This document shows positions 21,632 to 31,528 of a stretch of 64,000 bases of DNA, piece by piece. The translations under genes were made by a program, and so were the position numbers. The first letter of the stretch is position 1, and each line of letters opens with the position of its first letter. The DNA lies in the NCBI GenBank assembly GCA_965249575.1, contig OZ252244.1, positions 1,696,001 to 1,760,000 on the forward strand. Reading direction: 5' to 3'. The notes beneath the pieces were generated by a model that was not told where the DNA came from, did no database searches, and worked only from the letters and a program-made list of their open reading frames with translations. This DNA comes from Gemmatimonadales bacterium. GTDB taxonomy: Bacteria > Gemmatimonadota > Gemmatimonadetes > Gemmatimonadales > GWC2-71-9.

Positions 21632-22066
21632 GGCATCGCTTCTGGTCGGGAATCGGGGAGCCGCGGGAAGGTCGCCGGTCTTTCCAAATCAATGTCTGAC
21701 AACCGCTTGGGTTTGACTATCGGAGGCTGCCTGGGTAACCTCCATGAGACATGATATCGGTCGAAGTATCGGCGTCGAGCGAGCGATATGGCGGAACGAG
21801 GCCCAAGTGCCCGTCCCGCTTTTTTTTCTGCCAGGACATCGCGCAGCCGGATTCGCATACCTCGATCAAACACGGTCCGATTGGTCACGCAACGGCCAGT
21901 TGACGTGATGAGTCCGACCCGGCAACCCGGACAGTCGCTGCGACACCCCGGATTTGACACCAACGGCCTCCTCTCCGCTTCTGAACGAAACTAGATGGGC
22001 AATTGCGGGGACGCCACTGGGAAGCGGGGGGGATTGCGGCGCCCCGATTATTAAGGAGAAACCCGC

Positions 22067-22762
22067 TTGAAACCGCCTGCTCGATCGAAGAAGCCCGTCA
22101 GGGTAGGAGAACTCATCCGCAAGCGCTTGCGCGAAACGAATCGCACGCCAACGGAGCTGGCTGAGGCGGCCCACGTTCCCACCGCGTACATCGCCGACCT
22201 GATCGCGGGACGCAGGCGCCCTCCCCTCCCCGGCCGGACTGACGTCTACGACAGGATGACCGCCTTCCTCAAGCTAGGGCGGACGGAGCTGGCGGCTTGC
22301 GCCCAGGCGGAACGTGATGCCGCGAACTCGGCGGAAGCCCTGATCCCCAAACCCGAGGTGGGACGCCAACTGCTTGCGCTCTGCGACCCCAATACGGCGC
22401 GGGAGCTCGAGGAGCGGGGGGCGGCGCGGGGGGACGCGGAAATGGCAGACCTAATCCAGCGTCTGCTCGACGTTACACAGGGAGCTGTCCGACGGGTCCT
22501 GGACGACCAAGTCGGGCTCCGCATCGCGGCGGAACGGCGCGGCAGCACGTACGTGGCGATGCGCCTGCGCGTACTAGATTTCCTCGACGCCACGCCCGAC
22601 ACGCTCACGCTCGAGGACCTCGCCGAGTTCTTCAACCCACGGGTCACCCTGTGGGACGTCGACTTCCAGACCGGCGTGCTCCGAGTCGTGCTGCGGGGGC
22701 AGGAGCCGAAAGACAGCTATCGTAGGCGGCCGTCAGTGGGAGGTCGGGGGAGTAGGGCGTAG
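22067..22762 (+). CDS. Hypothetical protein with N-terminal XRE-like HTH
   Basis: GELIRKRLRETNRTPTELAEAAHVPTAYIADLIAGRRRP. TTG start after AAGGAG. Divergent from the GGDEF-EAL gene. Confidence 0.65.
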   Translation: MKPPARSKKPVRVGELIRKRLRETNRTPTELAEAAHVPTAYIADLIAGRRRPPLPGRTDVYDRMTAFLKLGRTELAACAQAERDAANSAEALIPKPEVGRQLLALCDPNTARELEERGAARGDAEMADLIQRLLDVTQGAVRRVLDDQVGLRIAAERRGSTYVAMRLRVLDFLDATPDTLTLEDLAEFFNPRVTLWDVDFQTGVLRVVLRGQEPKDSYRRRPSVGGRGSRA

Positions 22763-22879
22763 GGAGGGCGATCGGCCAGTGGCGGTTTAGGACGGGGTAG
22801 GGGCTCGCAGACCTCGGACCCAACGGCTAGTTTCTCCTGCCCTCGCCGGTTGCCTATTCATCCACATTAGGAGGCGCAG

Positions 22880-23344
22880 ATGCTCGGGCGCTCTGCAAAA
22901 CTCATGTTAGCGCCGTTGGTCGTCAGTCTCACCGCCTGCCAGGCCGGTGGCGGGGCGCTCTCGGACGCCGACCGCGAGGGCATTCGCACCGCGAGCGCGG
23001 CGTGGGAAGAGCACGCCGGGATGAATCACTGGGGGATCGTGGCCGCCCTCTACACGGACGACGCGACCTTCTTGCCGCCCAACACCACCGCGGTCACGGG
23101 ACGCGCCGCCGTCGAGGAGGCCTTGGGATCGTTTCCGCCGGTCACCCTGATCGATCTGCGGATTCGGGACCTGGACGGTCATGGTGACGTCGCCTACGCG
23201 CGCGGAACCTATGAGATGACTATGGACGTAGCCGGGACGCCGGTCGACGATCGGGGCAAATATATCGAGATCTGGCGGCGCCAGGACGATGGGACCTGGC
23301 AGATAGCGGCGGACATCTTCAACTCTGGCTTGCCGGCGCAGTAG
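22880..23344 (+). CDS. NTF2-like / DUF4440 lipoprotein
   Basis: RBS AGGAGG, lipobox SLTAC, YTDDATFLPP, GKYIEIWRRQDDGTWQIAADIFNS. Confidence 0.85.
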   Translation: MLGRSAKLMLAPLVVSLTACQAGGGALSDADREGIRTASAAWEEHAGMNHWGIVAALYTDDATFLPPNTTAVTGRAAVEEALGSFPPVTLIDLRIRDLDGHGDVAYARGTYEMTMDVAGTPVDDRGKYIEIWRRQDDGTWQIAADIFNSGLPAQ

Positions 23345-23706
23345 CACCGCGCCCGCCCCCCCCCGCGGTGAGCAGGACCCCACAGAGTAGGAGTGAGGAG
23401 GCCGCGCCACCCGACACCTAGACCGACGGAGGGGTGGCGTTGTCTCTTGATTCGGGGGCGCGCACAGTGACCGGGAGCGCGACGAGGCTCGACGCGAGCG
23501 CGAGAGCCGCGAGCGCGTAGTCGAACAGGCGGTAGTCGGGCTTGCGGCGGATCTCCCCCGAGCAGATTGGCTCATTCAGCCTCGTCGCCGCCGCGATGGG
23601 CGTCGAGCCGGCGCCGCCTCCGGTGATCCCTCTTACCTACGCCCTCGCTCAGGAACAAATTGCTCCGCCGCAGCCGCTCCCACTCGCCACCTCGATAGGG
23701 GCAACC

Positions 23707-25165
23707 ATGCGCGTTATGACACCTCTTTCGCTACTCGCCGTCGGCACAACGACGCTCGCCGCTCAAGCACCCGACTTCACCGACGAGGTACGCCAGTACG
23801 TCTCGGTCGACGCTCCGGCGGTCGCCCTCACGCACGTCAAGGTGATCGACGGCATGGGATCACCCGCGGCGGCCGACCAGGTGGTGTTGATCGAGGGCGG
23901 GAGGATCCGAGCGGTGGGGCCGGTGGGTTCGGTCACAATTCCGGCGGGCGCGGAGGTTCTCGATCTGACCGGACACAGCGTGATCCCCGGTCTCGTGGGT
24001 ATGCACGACCACACATTCTATTACACGTACGTCTACACGTACGTCACGCAACGCGGCATTCAGAGTAATTACAGCGCGCCGTTACTCTACCTTGGAAGCG
24101 GCGTGACGACGATCCGCACCACCGGCAGCCAGTCACCCTACGCGGAGATCAACCTGCGGGACGCCATCGAGCGGGGCGAGTTCCCGGGACCCCGCATCTA
24201 CGTTACCGGTCCCTACATAATCGGTCCGTCGCGCAATCCCAGGCTCGAAAAGATGGGGGCACTACGCGCAAAGACGCCGGAAGACGCGCGCCGGGCGGTC
24301 GCCTACTGGGCGGTCGCCTACTGGGCGGAGGAAGGGGCGACCTGGATCAAGGCTTACAACACAATCAGCCGCGCCCAGCTCGGGGCCGTGATCGACGAGG
24401 CCCACGAGCACGGCATCAAGGTGACCGCCCATCTCTGCTCGGTGGGATACCGCGAAGCCGTGGCCCTGGGTATCGACCATTTGGAGCACGGATTGTTCGC
24501 CAATGCGGAGTACGACCCCGAAAAGAAGCCCGACGAGTGCCCAACCCACCTACTACCGAGCGATGTTGGACCTCAACATGGGGAGCGAGCGCGTGCAGGC
24601 CACCTTCCGGGACATGGTGGCCAATAACGTCGGCAGGACCTCGACGCTCGCGGTCTACGAGTGCCTGGTTCCCGGCCGACCGACGTGGAACGAGCGAACA
24701 CTCGCGACGCTATCGCCGCAGGCTTTCCGAGAAGACTCTACCCGCAACGCCGAAGTGAAAGCCTCGGCAGGCGAGTCGATCTGGCCGGCCGTGCGCCAGA
24801 AAGCGATGGAACATGAGGTCGCTTTCGTAAAGGCCGGCGGCCTGCTGACCGCCGGTGTGGACCCCGCCTGGTGCACGCCCGCCGGCCTTGGCGATCAACG
24901 GCAGTTCGAGCTCTTGGCCGAGGCCGGGTTCACCCTCGCGCAGACCGTGCAGATCGCCTCCGCCAACGGCGCCAAGGTCCTCGGTGACTTCGACCGCTTC
25001 GGTAGTCTCACTCCCGGAAAGCTCGCGGACCTGGTCGTCGTGCGAGGCGACCTGGAGGCAAGCGCAACGAACATCCGGAACGTGAGGCTAGTGTTCAAGG
25101 AAGGGATGGGCTACGACTCGGCGAAGCTGCTCGAAGCAGCGAAGGGAGAGGTCGGGGTACGCTAA
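23707..25165 (+). pseudogene. Secreted amidohydrolase (Amidohydro_1) with one frameshift and two in-frame tandem duplications
   Basis: Signal (..LAA|QA), PGLVGMHDH, TAH, LEHG. The C-terminus (AGVD..GKLADLVVV) is in the frame of ORF 24503..25165, with the shift at ~24547. Confidence 0.75.
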
Positions 25166-25184
25166 TCCCTACACAGCCAGCGGC

Positions 25185-25697
25185 CTACCTGACCTCGAAA
25201 GCATGTCTCTGGGCCACGCGGACCCGTGAGCGAGTTGCGACACGCTTTCCCTTCCGCGGCTTGCGGGGTGAAAGATACGCGCTGACATAACGGTTAGTTC
25301 CGTTGAGCACCGCGATCACGCCCCCTCGCGCCGGCTTCTTGGGGTCGATGATCCCGAAACCGACCAGGTTGATCTTGCGCTTCTCGCTACGCACGGAGAT
25401 GGCGACGACCACCGCGTGATCGTGGAACACCTTCACCTTCTTAATATCCACTACCTGAAAGGCGTCAGGGCCCACATCGATCGCCTCGCCGAGGGCGGCG
25501 GCCGTCGCCGACGCAGCCGACAAGCGTACGCCCCCCGCGGACGCGGTGCCCGGGCACTTGCACACGATTCGTCGGCCCTGCTCCCGCTCCAGGGTGACCG
25601 TCGCGGTACAACGCTGCGACGAGTAGTCTAGTTTCAGGCTGATGAACTTGAGGCGCCGCTCCGGCGCGCCCACACGCAGTGGAAACTGGTCAGCCAT
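25185..25697 (-). CDS. Hypothetical protein
   Basis: ATG after GGAGAG. Alpha/beta pattern AASATAAAL..VLNGTNR. Confidence 0.6.
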   Translation of the reverse strand: MADQFPLRVGAPERRLKFISLKLDYSSQRCTATVTLEREQGRRIVCKCPGTASAGGVRLSAASATAAALGEAIDVGPDAFQVVDIKKVKVFHDHAVVVAISVRSEKRKINLVGFGIIDPKKPARGGVIAVLNGTNRYVSAYLSPRKPRKGKRVATRSRVRVAQRHAFEVR

Positions 25698-25815
25698 CGC
25701 TCTCTCCAGGAAAATCAATTGCTCGGTTAGATGCGCGGTCGGCCGCCCGCCAGTTGTCCCCAATCCACCTTATCGGCAGCAGGGATGGGTAACTCAAATG
25801 CGGGCCACTCCCCCA

Positions 25816-25932
25816 CCCCGCAGCCCACCCGACCCAGTAAGGAGGCCACCCTCCCCCACTAACTGAGGGTGGGCGGGACGGCCCGGCCTGCTCACTCCCT
25901 CCTCGGTGGGGTCGGGAGGGGTGTCGACTGCT
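25816..25932. repeat. Dispersed composite repeat, copy upstream of cupredoxin module
   Basis: CCCCGCAGCCCACCCGACCCA (25816-25836) is identical to 30417-30437. CCTGCTCACTCC and GGGGTCGGGA.GGGTGT.GACTGCT are also shared. Confidence 0.7.
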
Positions 25933-26051
25933 TGCCGGTGGGGCAGTCTGGGTGGTGGTACAGTTTCCAGCGCTCGTGCCGATAAGTCGTTGTAGGTGCA
26001 TAAGATCGTCGGACCCCATCCGCGGGTTCGCCCTCTGAGGGAGGAGGAGGC

Positions 26052-26822
26052 GTGAGACCTGTCGCGAGTTCGCGAGAAGCCCCGTCACTGACGACTCGCA
26101 GCCGGCTTGCCACCGTGTGGCTACCAGTGGCGTTGCTCGTGCTCGCCGTAGCGAGTGCGTCGGGCCAACAGGGAGGAACGAGCGGGGCAGCCGGCCGCAT
26201 CGAGGGCACTGCGGTGCTCGGACCCAACCTGTCGATCCGCAAGATGCGGTTTCGACTCTATTCCGATTTCGGCCCCCAGGTATCTCGTTCGCGCGACATC
26301 TTTGATGCGAACGAGCTTCAAAACGTGGTCATTTACGTCGATTCGATTTCCGACCATACCGCGGCACCGTACCGCATAGGCGACCTAGCTGTCAGGCAGG
26401 CCGACCAGCGCTTCGCGCCACACGTACTGGCTGTGGTCAAGGGATCGACCGTCGGGTTCCCGAACGACGATCCGATTTTCCACAACGTGTTCTCTTTGTC
26501 CAAGACCCAGGCATTCGATTTGGGGCGGTATCCGAGGGGGGAGTCAAAGTCCGTCCGGTTCGACCGAGCGGGGATCGTCCAAGCATTCTGCCACATCCAC
26601 GCCGATATGAGCGCGATCATACTCGTGCTCGACAACCCCTACTTCACTAAGCCAGACCGGCTGGGACGGTATTCGCTCGACGGCCTGCCACCCGGCACCT
26701 ACCGGCTCGTGGCTTGGCACGAACGCATACAGCCCGTTGTCCGAGAGGTCGCTGTCCAGGCGAGCCGCACGACTCGGATCGATTTCAGCATTCCCTTACC
26801 CGACGGGTTAGAGGCGCCGTGA
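26052..26822 (+). CDS. Secreted cupredoxin-like + carboxypeptidase-regulatory-like domain protein
   Basis: Signal peptide, FPNDDPIFHNVFS, FCHIHADM (H..C-x2-H-x2-M type-1 Cu ligand pattern), GRYSLDGLPPGTYRLVAW. Confidence 0.8.
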   Translation: MRPVASSREAPSLTTRSRLATVWLPVALLVLAVASASGQQGGTSGAAGRIEGTAVLGPNLSIRKMRFRLYSDFGPQVSRSRDIFDANELQNVVIYVDSISDHTAAPYRIGDLAVRQADQRFAPHVLAVVKGSTVGFPNDDPIFHNVFSLSKTQAFDLGRYPRGESKSVRFDRAGIVQAFCHIHADMSAIILVLDNPYFTKPDRLGRYSLDGLPPGTYRLVAWHERIQPVVREVAVQASRTTRIDFSIPLPDGLEAP

Positions 26823-29290
26823 CCGGAGAACCGACACCCCGGCTCGCACGTCAAAACTCCGACCTAACGCGCCACATCGGCGCTCAGCTCCGTGCGTTAC
26901 CGCTGAGCTTCACGCTCATCGGCATCTGTGCGCTACTCACCGCCCTGGTGGTGAGCTCGGTGTTCGTTGCGCTGAGCGTCGAGATTCGATCCCGGACCAG
27001 GCGCCTCTTCGCGGAGCAGCTGGGCCTCAACCAGCGGTCTCTCCTCGACCTTCAGAACCGAAGCCTCTCACAGCTGCTTTGGACATCCAGGGTCATGACC
27101 GAAAGCCCGACGCTCCGAGCCGCCATGGAGACTTACCGGGTCGAATCCACGGTGGGCAATGCGCCGCGCAAGGAGCTCCTGGCCACGATCCAACGCGAGG
27201 TCGAAGGGATCGCCGCCGGGCTCGGCACTGAGAAACTGGTCGTCACAGACGAGCGGGGAAGAGTGCTCGCGGCCACCGCGCGGGCGGGCGTCTACCCAGG
27301 AGTCGGCGAAGATCTCTCGCGAGTGCCAGCCGTACAGCATGCTCTCGATCCCTACGGCTCCCTCGACCCATCGAACTTCGCGATCCTGGAGTTCGGGAAC
27401 TCCCACTATCAGTTCGGATGCGTGCCAATCGTGATGCGCGGATTCACGATCGGGACGGTGCTTGTTGGCGAGCGCTTAGACCGGACCTACGTCGCCAAGC
27501 TCGAAGAGTTCTTCGACGGCGAGATCGTCGTGGCAACGAACGCTGAGATCATCACCTCGACGATCACCGGAGGAGCCATCGGGCCCCCGCAGCTCGAAGA
27601 CCTCATGGCCCGTATGGGCGAGTTACCGACGGACGTCGGCACCTTCAGGCTAGACGATGAGGAATACGTGATCGCCGGCCTGCCACTCGGGGCGGACCGA
27701 GCCGGGCAAAAAGTGGCCCTTCACCTACTCCACTCGTTGACTGATGCCCTGGAGGAGACGAAGCAGGCACTGCTCGTCGCCTGTCTGCTCTACGGATCCA
27801 TCGCCGTTGTCCTAGCGGGTTTAAGTGCGGGAGCCGTTTCGCAGACCGTCCTCACACCGTTCCGGGGATTCGTGCGGTTCATGCGCGTCGTTGCCGAGAG
27901 CGGCGATTACAGCCGCCGTTTCGACGCCTCGAGATCGACCCTGGAGATCCGGAGCCTCAACGACACCTACGCCCAGCTCATCAGATCGCTGGCCCAGAAT
28001 CACGACAAGCTCGAGCAGCGCACCAAACAGCTAGCGAGGTCAAACGACACTCTCACGCAGCAGATCGCGGAACGCGAGCGTGCGGAGCAGGCGTTACGCG
28101 AGAGCGAGGAACAGCTTCGCCAATCGCAAAAGCTCGAGGCGATAGGCACTCTCGCCGGCGGTGTGGCACACGATTTCAACAACCTCCTGACGGTCATATC
28201 CAGCTACGGCGAGCTGTTGATCTCGGAAGTTGGTGCGGACAGCCCCATGCGATCAGACCTCGAGCAGGTGAGGGAAGCCGCGGGCCGGGCCGCCGTGCTC
28301 ACCAATCAGCTGCTGGCCTTCAGCCGGAAACAGGTTCTGCAGCCTAAGGTGATCGACCTGAACGCCGCCGTCGATGAGATCGAGAAGATGCTCCGACGTC
28401 TGATCGGGGAAGACATCGAGATAAGAACCGTGAAGCAGCGTCCGCTCCCGCGCGTCAAGGCGGACCCCGGCCAGATCGAGCAGGTCATCATGAACCTGGC
28501 CATCAACGCTCGGGACGCCATGCCGAAGGGCGGCGAGCTCACGATATCCACGGCGAGCGTCGAGTCGGTAGCGGGCGCTCTGGAGGCGAGTGATTCCCCG
28601 CCGCCTGGGGCCTGGGTGAAGCTGTCCGTTACCGACTCCGGCGTCGGCATGGACGCGGCGACTCAGGGTCGGATCTTTGAGCCGTTCTTCACGACGAAAG
28701 AACTCGGAAAGGGGACGGGCCTCGGGCTGTCGACGGTCTACGGGATCGTCAAGCAATCGGCCGGCAACCTCTCGGTCCGTAGCTCGCCCGGTGAGGGGAC
28801 GACCTTCGACGTGTACCTGCCGAGGGTCGCCGAACCGATAAAGGAATCCGGGCGAGTGTCCGGTGAGAACCTGGCGGTCGGCGGGAACGAAACCATCCTG
28901 CTGGTGGAAGATGAGGATCTCGTCCGTGCGCTTGCCGAGCGGACACTGCGGGTTCGGGGCTACCACGTGCTCGCAGCGCGCGCGGGGGACGAGGCCATCG
29001 GCTTAGCCGCCGAGCACAGCGGCCCGATTCATCTCCTCCTCACCGACGTGGTGATGCCCCTAATGAGTGGTAAGGACCTGGAAGAACGACTGGCCCCGAT
29101 GCGGCCGGAGATGCGGGTGCTGTACATGTCGGGCTACACTGACGACGCCATCGTGCATCATGGCGTGCTCGACCCGGGAACGGAGTTCCTACCCAAACCA
29201 TTCACGCCGACGGTCCTCCTCCGGAGGGTTCGCGAGGTCTTGGACACGCCAAAGGAAGCGGGTCGCAATGTCCCGGCACCGACCGGCTGA
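26819..29290 (+). CDS. Hybrid sensor histidine kinase (TM-periplasmic sensor-TM-HAMP-HisKA-HATPase-REC)
   Basis: GGVAHDFNNLL H-box, NLAINARDAM, DSGVGM, FFTTK, GTGLGL, and REC LLVEDE..LLTDVVMP. The GTG start overlaps the upstream stop. Confidence 0.92.
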   Translation: MTGEPTPRLARQNSDLTRHIGAQLRALPLSFTLIGICALLTALVVSSVFVALSVEIRSRTRRLFAEQLGLNQRSLLDLQNRSLSQLLWTSRVMTESPTLRAAMETYRVESTVGNAPRKELLATIQREVEGIAAGLGTEKLVVTDERGRVLAATARAGVYPGVGEDLSRVPAVQHALDPYGSLDPSNFAILEFGNSHYQFGCVPIVMRGFTIGTVLVGERLDRTYVAKLEEFFDGEIVVATNAEIITSTITGGAIGPPQLEDLMARMGELPTDVGTFRLDDEEYVIAGLPLGADRAGQKVALHLLHSLTDALEETKQALLVACLLYGSIAVVLAGLSAGAVSQTVLTPFRGFVRFMRVVAESGDYSRRFDASRSTLEIRSLNDTYAQLIRSLAQNHDKLEQRTKQLARSNDTLTQQIAERERAEQALRESEEQLRQSQKLEAIGTLAGGVAHDFNNLLTVISSYGELLISEVGADSPMRSDLEQVREAAGRAAVLTNQLLAFSRKQVLQPKVIDLNAAVDEIEKMLRRLIGEDIEIRTVKQRPLPRVKADPGQIEQVIMNLAINARDAMPKGGELTISTASVESVAGALEASDSPPPGAWVKLSVTDSGVGMDAATQGRIFEPFFTTKELGKGTGLGLSTVYGIVKQSAGNLSVRSSPGEGTTFDVYLPRVAEPIKESGRVSGENLAVGGNETILLVEDEDLVRALAERTLRVRGYHVLAARAGDEAIGLAAEHSGPIHLLLTDVVMPLMSGKDLEERLAPMRPEMRVLYMSGYTDDAIVHHGVLDPGTEFLPKPFTPTVLLRRVREVLDTPKEAGRNVPAPTG

Positions 29291-30404
29291 ACGGACGTCG
29301 AGAGGCTGCGCTCCCGGGCGCCTGACATCGTTCTCGCTGGCGATGGCTGTTCTGTGCACCCCAGCACCGCTCGCGGGCCAAGAATGGCTCCAAGTACAGG
29401 GCATTCTCGATGCGGAGGGGTGGGTTACCGACTCGAACTCGGTGTTTCTCACCCGAAACGACGGCCAACCCAGCCCACTCGGCCGTCTTCGACTCTGGAG
29501 TGTCCTCGAGCTGCATCCAACAGTCCACATATATGGCCTGGGAGTGCTCGAGTCTGGAGGGGCGCGGCGCGATGGAGGAACCGATGTCGTCGCAGAGCAG
29601 GCGGGGATTCGGTTTTCCCCAACGCCCGCCCTGGTCCTGGACGTCGGACGAATCCCCTCACCGGTCGGCACTTTCCCAAACCGCCGGTTTTCCACCCGGA
29701 ATCCGCTCATCGGGGCGCCGGACGGCTATCCCGTATCGTATCCCCTTGCGGTACAGGCAAGCGGCGCTGTATCCCGATTCGACTATCGAGTGGCCCTTAC
29801 CAGTCGACCGGTGAGCAACGAGCGGTACGTGCCCGCTCCGACTGCCGCACCCAGGTTGGCGCTGGGGGCGGGAGTAACCCTAATCACCGGCTTCCGGCTC
29901 GGCACGTCATTCACTAGAGGCCCCTACGTCAACGACGAACTCTCGACATCGCTGCTCGCTGGCACCGATTGGACGGACCACCAGCAGCAGATCGTCGCCT
30001 TCGACGCCCGCTTTAGCCGAGGCTACTTAGAGTTCCAGGGCGAGATGGCGTTCTCCGAGTATGACGTTCCGACTTTGGCCGACCCCGTGAAAGGCGAAAC
30101 GTACTATCTCGAGGTCAAGTACACCTGGTTCCCCAGGCTCTTTACGGCCGTCCGTTTCGAAACGAACAACTACCCATTCATTCGCCCCAGAGGAACCGAC
30201 GAGTGGACGGCTCGAGCCGTCAACTTCTACAATGCCGAGGTCGGGATCGGTTACCGCCTGGCGCGACGTACGGTCATCAAGGCCAGTCACCGCCGCGATT
30301 TCTGGGATCCGGAGGGCAGCGCGCAGGCGTTTCTCCGCGATGGCTTTTCCTTCGCGATGCAGATCTCTCATCAGTTCGACGTGAAGTCGTGGCTCGGACG
30401 GTGA
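29268..30404 (+). CDS. Putative outer-membrane beta-barrel protein
   Basis: Signal (..PLAG|QE), alternating amphipathic strands, C-terminal FAMQISHQFD. Overlaps the kinase 3' end. Confidence 0.7.
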   Translation: MSRHRPAERTSRGCAPGRLTSFSLAMAVLCTPAPLAGQEWLQVQGILDAEGWVTDSNSVFLTRNDGQPSPLGRLRLWSVLELHPTVHIYGLGVLESGGARRDGGTDVVAEQAGIRFSPTPALVLDVGRIPSPVGTFPNRRFSTRNPLIGAPDGYPVSYPLAVQASGAVSRFDYRVALTSRPVSNERYVPAPTAAPRLALGAGVTLITGFRLGTSFTRGPYVNDELSTSLLAGTDWTDHQQQIVAFDARFSRGYLEFQGEMAFSEYDVPTLADPVKGETYYLEVKYTWFPRLFTAVRFETNNYPFIRPRGTDEWTARAVNFYNAEVGIGYRLARRTVIKASHRRDFWDPEGSAQAFLRDGFSFAMQISHQFDVKSWLGR

Positions 30405-30416
30405 CGGCCCCTCCCT

Positions 30417-30598
30417 CCCCGCAGCCCACCCGACCCAATACGCATCCCCCACCGAACGCCCCTACCCAGAGTGAGCAGTGAGGAGGGCACCCTCCCCACC
30501 TCGAGGGCCTGGAGTAGGGAGGGTGACCTGCTCACTCCTTATTCGGGGTCGGGACGGGTGTGGACTGCTCACTGGGGTTGGGGATGGGTGGAGTTGGG
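30417..30598. repeat. Dispersed composite repeat, copy downstream of cupredoxin module
   Basis: AGTGAGCAGTGAGGAGG with inverted CCTGCTCACTCC and ACTGCTCACT. Homologous to 25816-25932. Confidence 0.7.
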
Positions 30599-30695
30599 CG
30601 GGCTTTCCTGGCCCAATCGCAGTCCTGCGTGTAGAGTCTGGTGTAATCCCGCCCTGGAGCCCAGACAGACCTCCACGTGCCACGAATCCAGTCTA

Positions 30696-31394
30696 ATGAA
30701 GGACAGCCAGGCGTTCGATTTCGATGGGGAGTACGGCCGCGGGTATGACGAGCTGGCGAGGCAGGTCATCCCCGCCTATGAGCAGATCTTCCGCGCCACC
30801 GCTGCCCTGTTCGAAAACGAGCTTCCCTCCGACGCGCGCGTGCTCGTGGTGGGATCGGGCACCGGAACCGAGGTCGCTACGTTCGGCGCGGCGCAGCCCG
30901 GATGGACGATCGTCGGGGTCGAGCCGAGCGCCGAGATGGTCCGAATGACTGAAAGGCGCGCCGACGAGTTGGGTCTCGACGATCGGGTTACGATCGTGCA
31001 CGGCTTCGCGCGCGATCTCCCGCTCACACCGCCCTACGATGCCGCCACGATCATCAATGTCTTGCACTTCCTGGAAGATGACGGTGACAAGGCCGATCTA
31101 CTGACGAGTGTCGCGGAGCGGACGCGCAGCGGCGGACTCCTCGCGCTGGTCGACCTGCACGGCGATCCCACGTCCGACGAGTTCCGGTTCCTCATGAAGG
31201 GTTGGGAGGGCTTCATGCGGCACCAGGGGCTCAGGGGTACGGCGCAGGAAGAGTTTCTGTCTCGCCTCAGGCGGGGAATCGTCTACGTGCCGGGAGAGCG
31301 CCTCATCGAGCTGTGCAGTGCCGCGAGCTGGCGGCTGGAAGTCACATACTACCGCGCCTTCCTGTACGGCGGTTGGCTGCTGAGAAAACAGTAA
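30696..31394 (+). CDS. Class I SAM-dependent methyltransferase
   Basis: VLVVGSGTG motif I, GVEPSAEM, YDAATIINVLHF. Confidence 0.88.
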   Translation: MKDSQAFDFDGEYGRGYDELARQVIPAYEQIFRATAALFENELPSDARVLVVGSGTGTEVATFGAAQPGWTIVGVEPSAEMVRMTERRADELGLDDRVTIVHGFARDLPLTPPYDAATIINVLHFLEDDGDKADLLTSVAERTRSGGLLALVDLHGDPTSDEFRFLMKGWEGFMRHQGLRGTAQEEFLSRLRRGIVYVPGERLIELCSAASWRLEVTYYRAFLYGGWLLRKQ

Positions 31395-31528
31395 GGAGCC
31401 CCGGCCCCGCCCGGCCCCACCGATTAAGAAGTGAGGAGGCCCTGCCCCTACCCGACCGCAGTTGGGGTGCCCGGGGGGGGCCTGTTTACTCATCACTCCT
31501 CACTGGGGTTGGGTAGGAACTGCTTACT
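31390..31528. repeat. Dispersed AGTGAGG-heptamer repeat, inverted pair
   Basis: AAGTGAGGAGGCCCTGCCC at 31429-31447 with inverted TCACTCCTCACT at ~31493. Lies between convergent genes. Confidence 0.7.

Noticed and set aside
21631..22067. c-di-GMP riboswitch upstream of the GGDEF-EAL gene
   Set aside because: I could not find the GGCAAAC..GAAA..GACGCAAAGC class I core or a convincing class II pattern on either strand.
23430..23600. Possible small minus-strand membrane peptide remnant (DYRLFDYALAALALASSLVALP)
   Set aside because: No clear start or RBS and no recognisable family, so it is too weak to call.
5051..24550. Programmed frameshifting or stop recoding to explain split genes
   Set aside because: No slippery heptamer or in-frame stop with a recoding signal is seen at the breakpoints. 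The lesions look like random indels or duplications.
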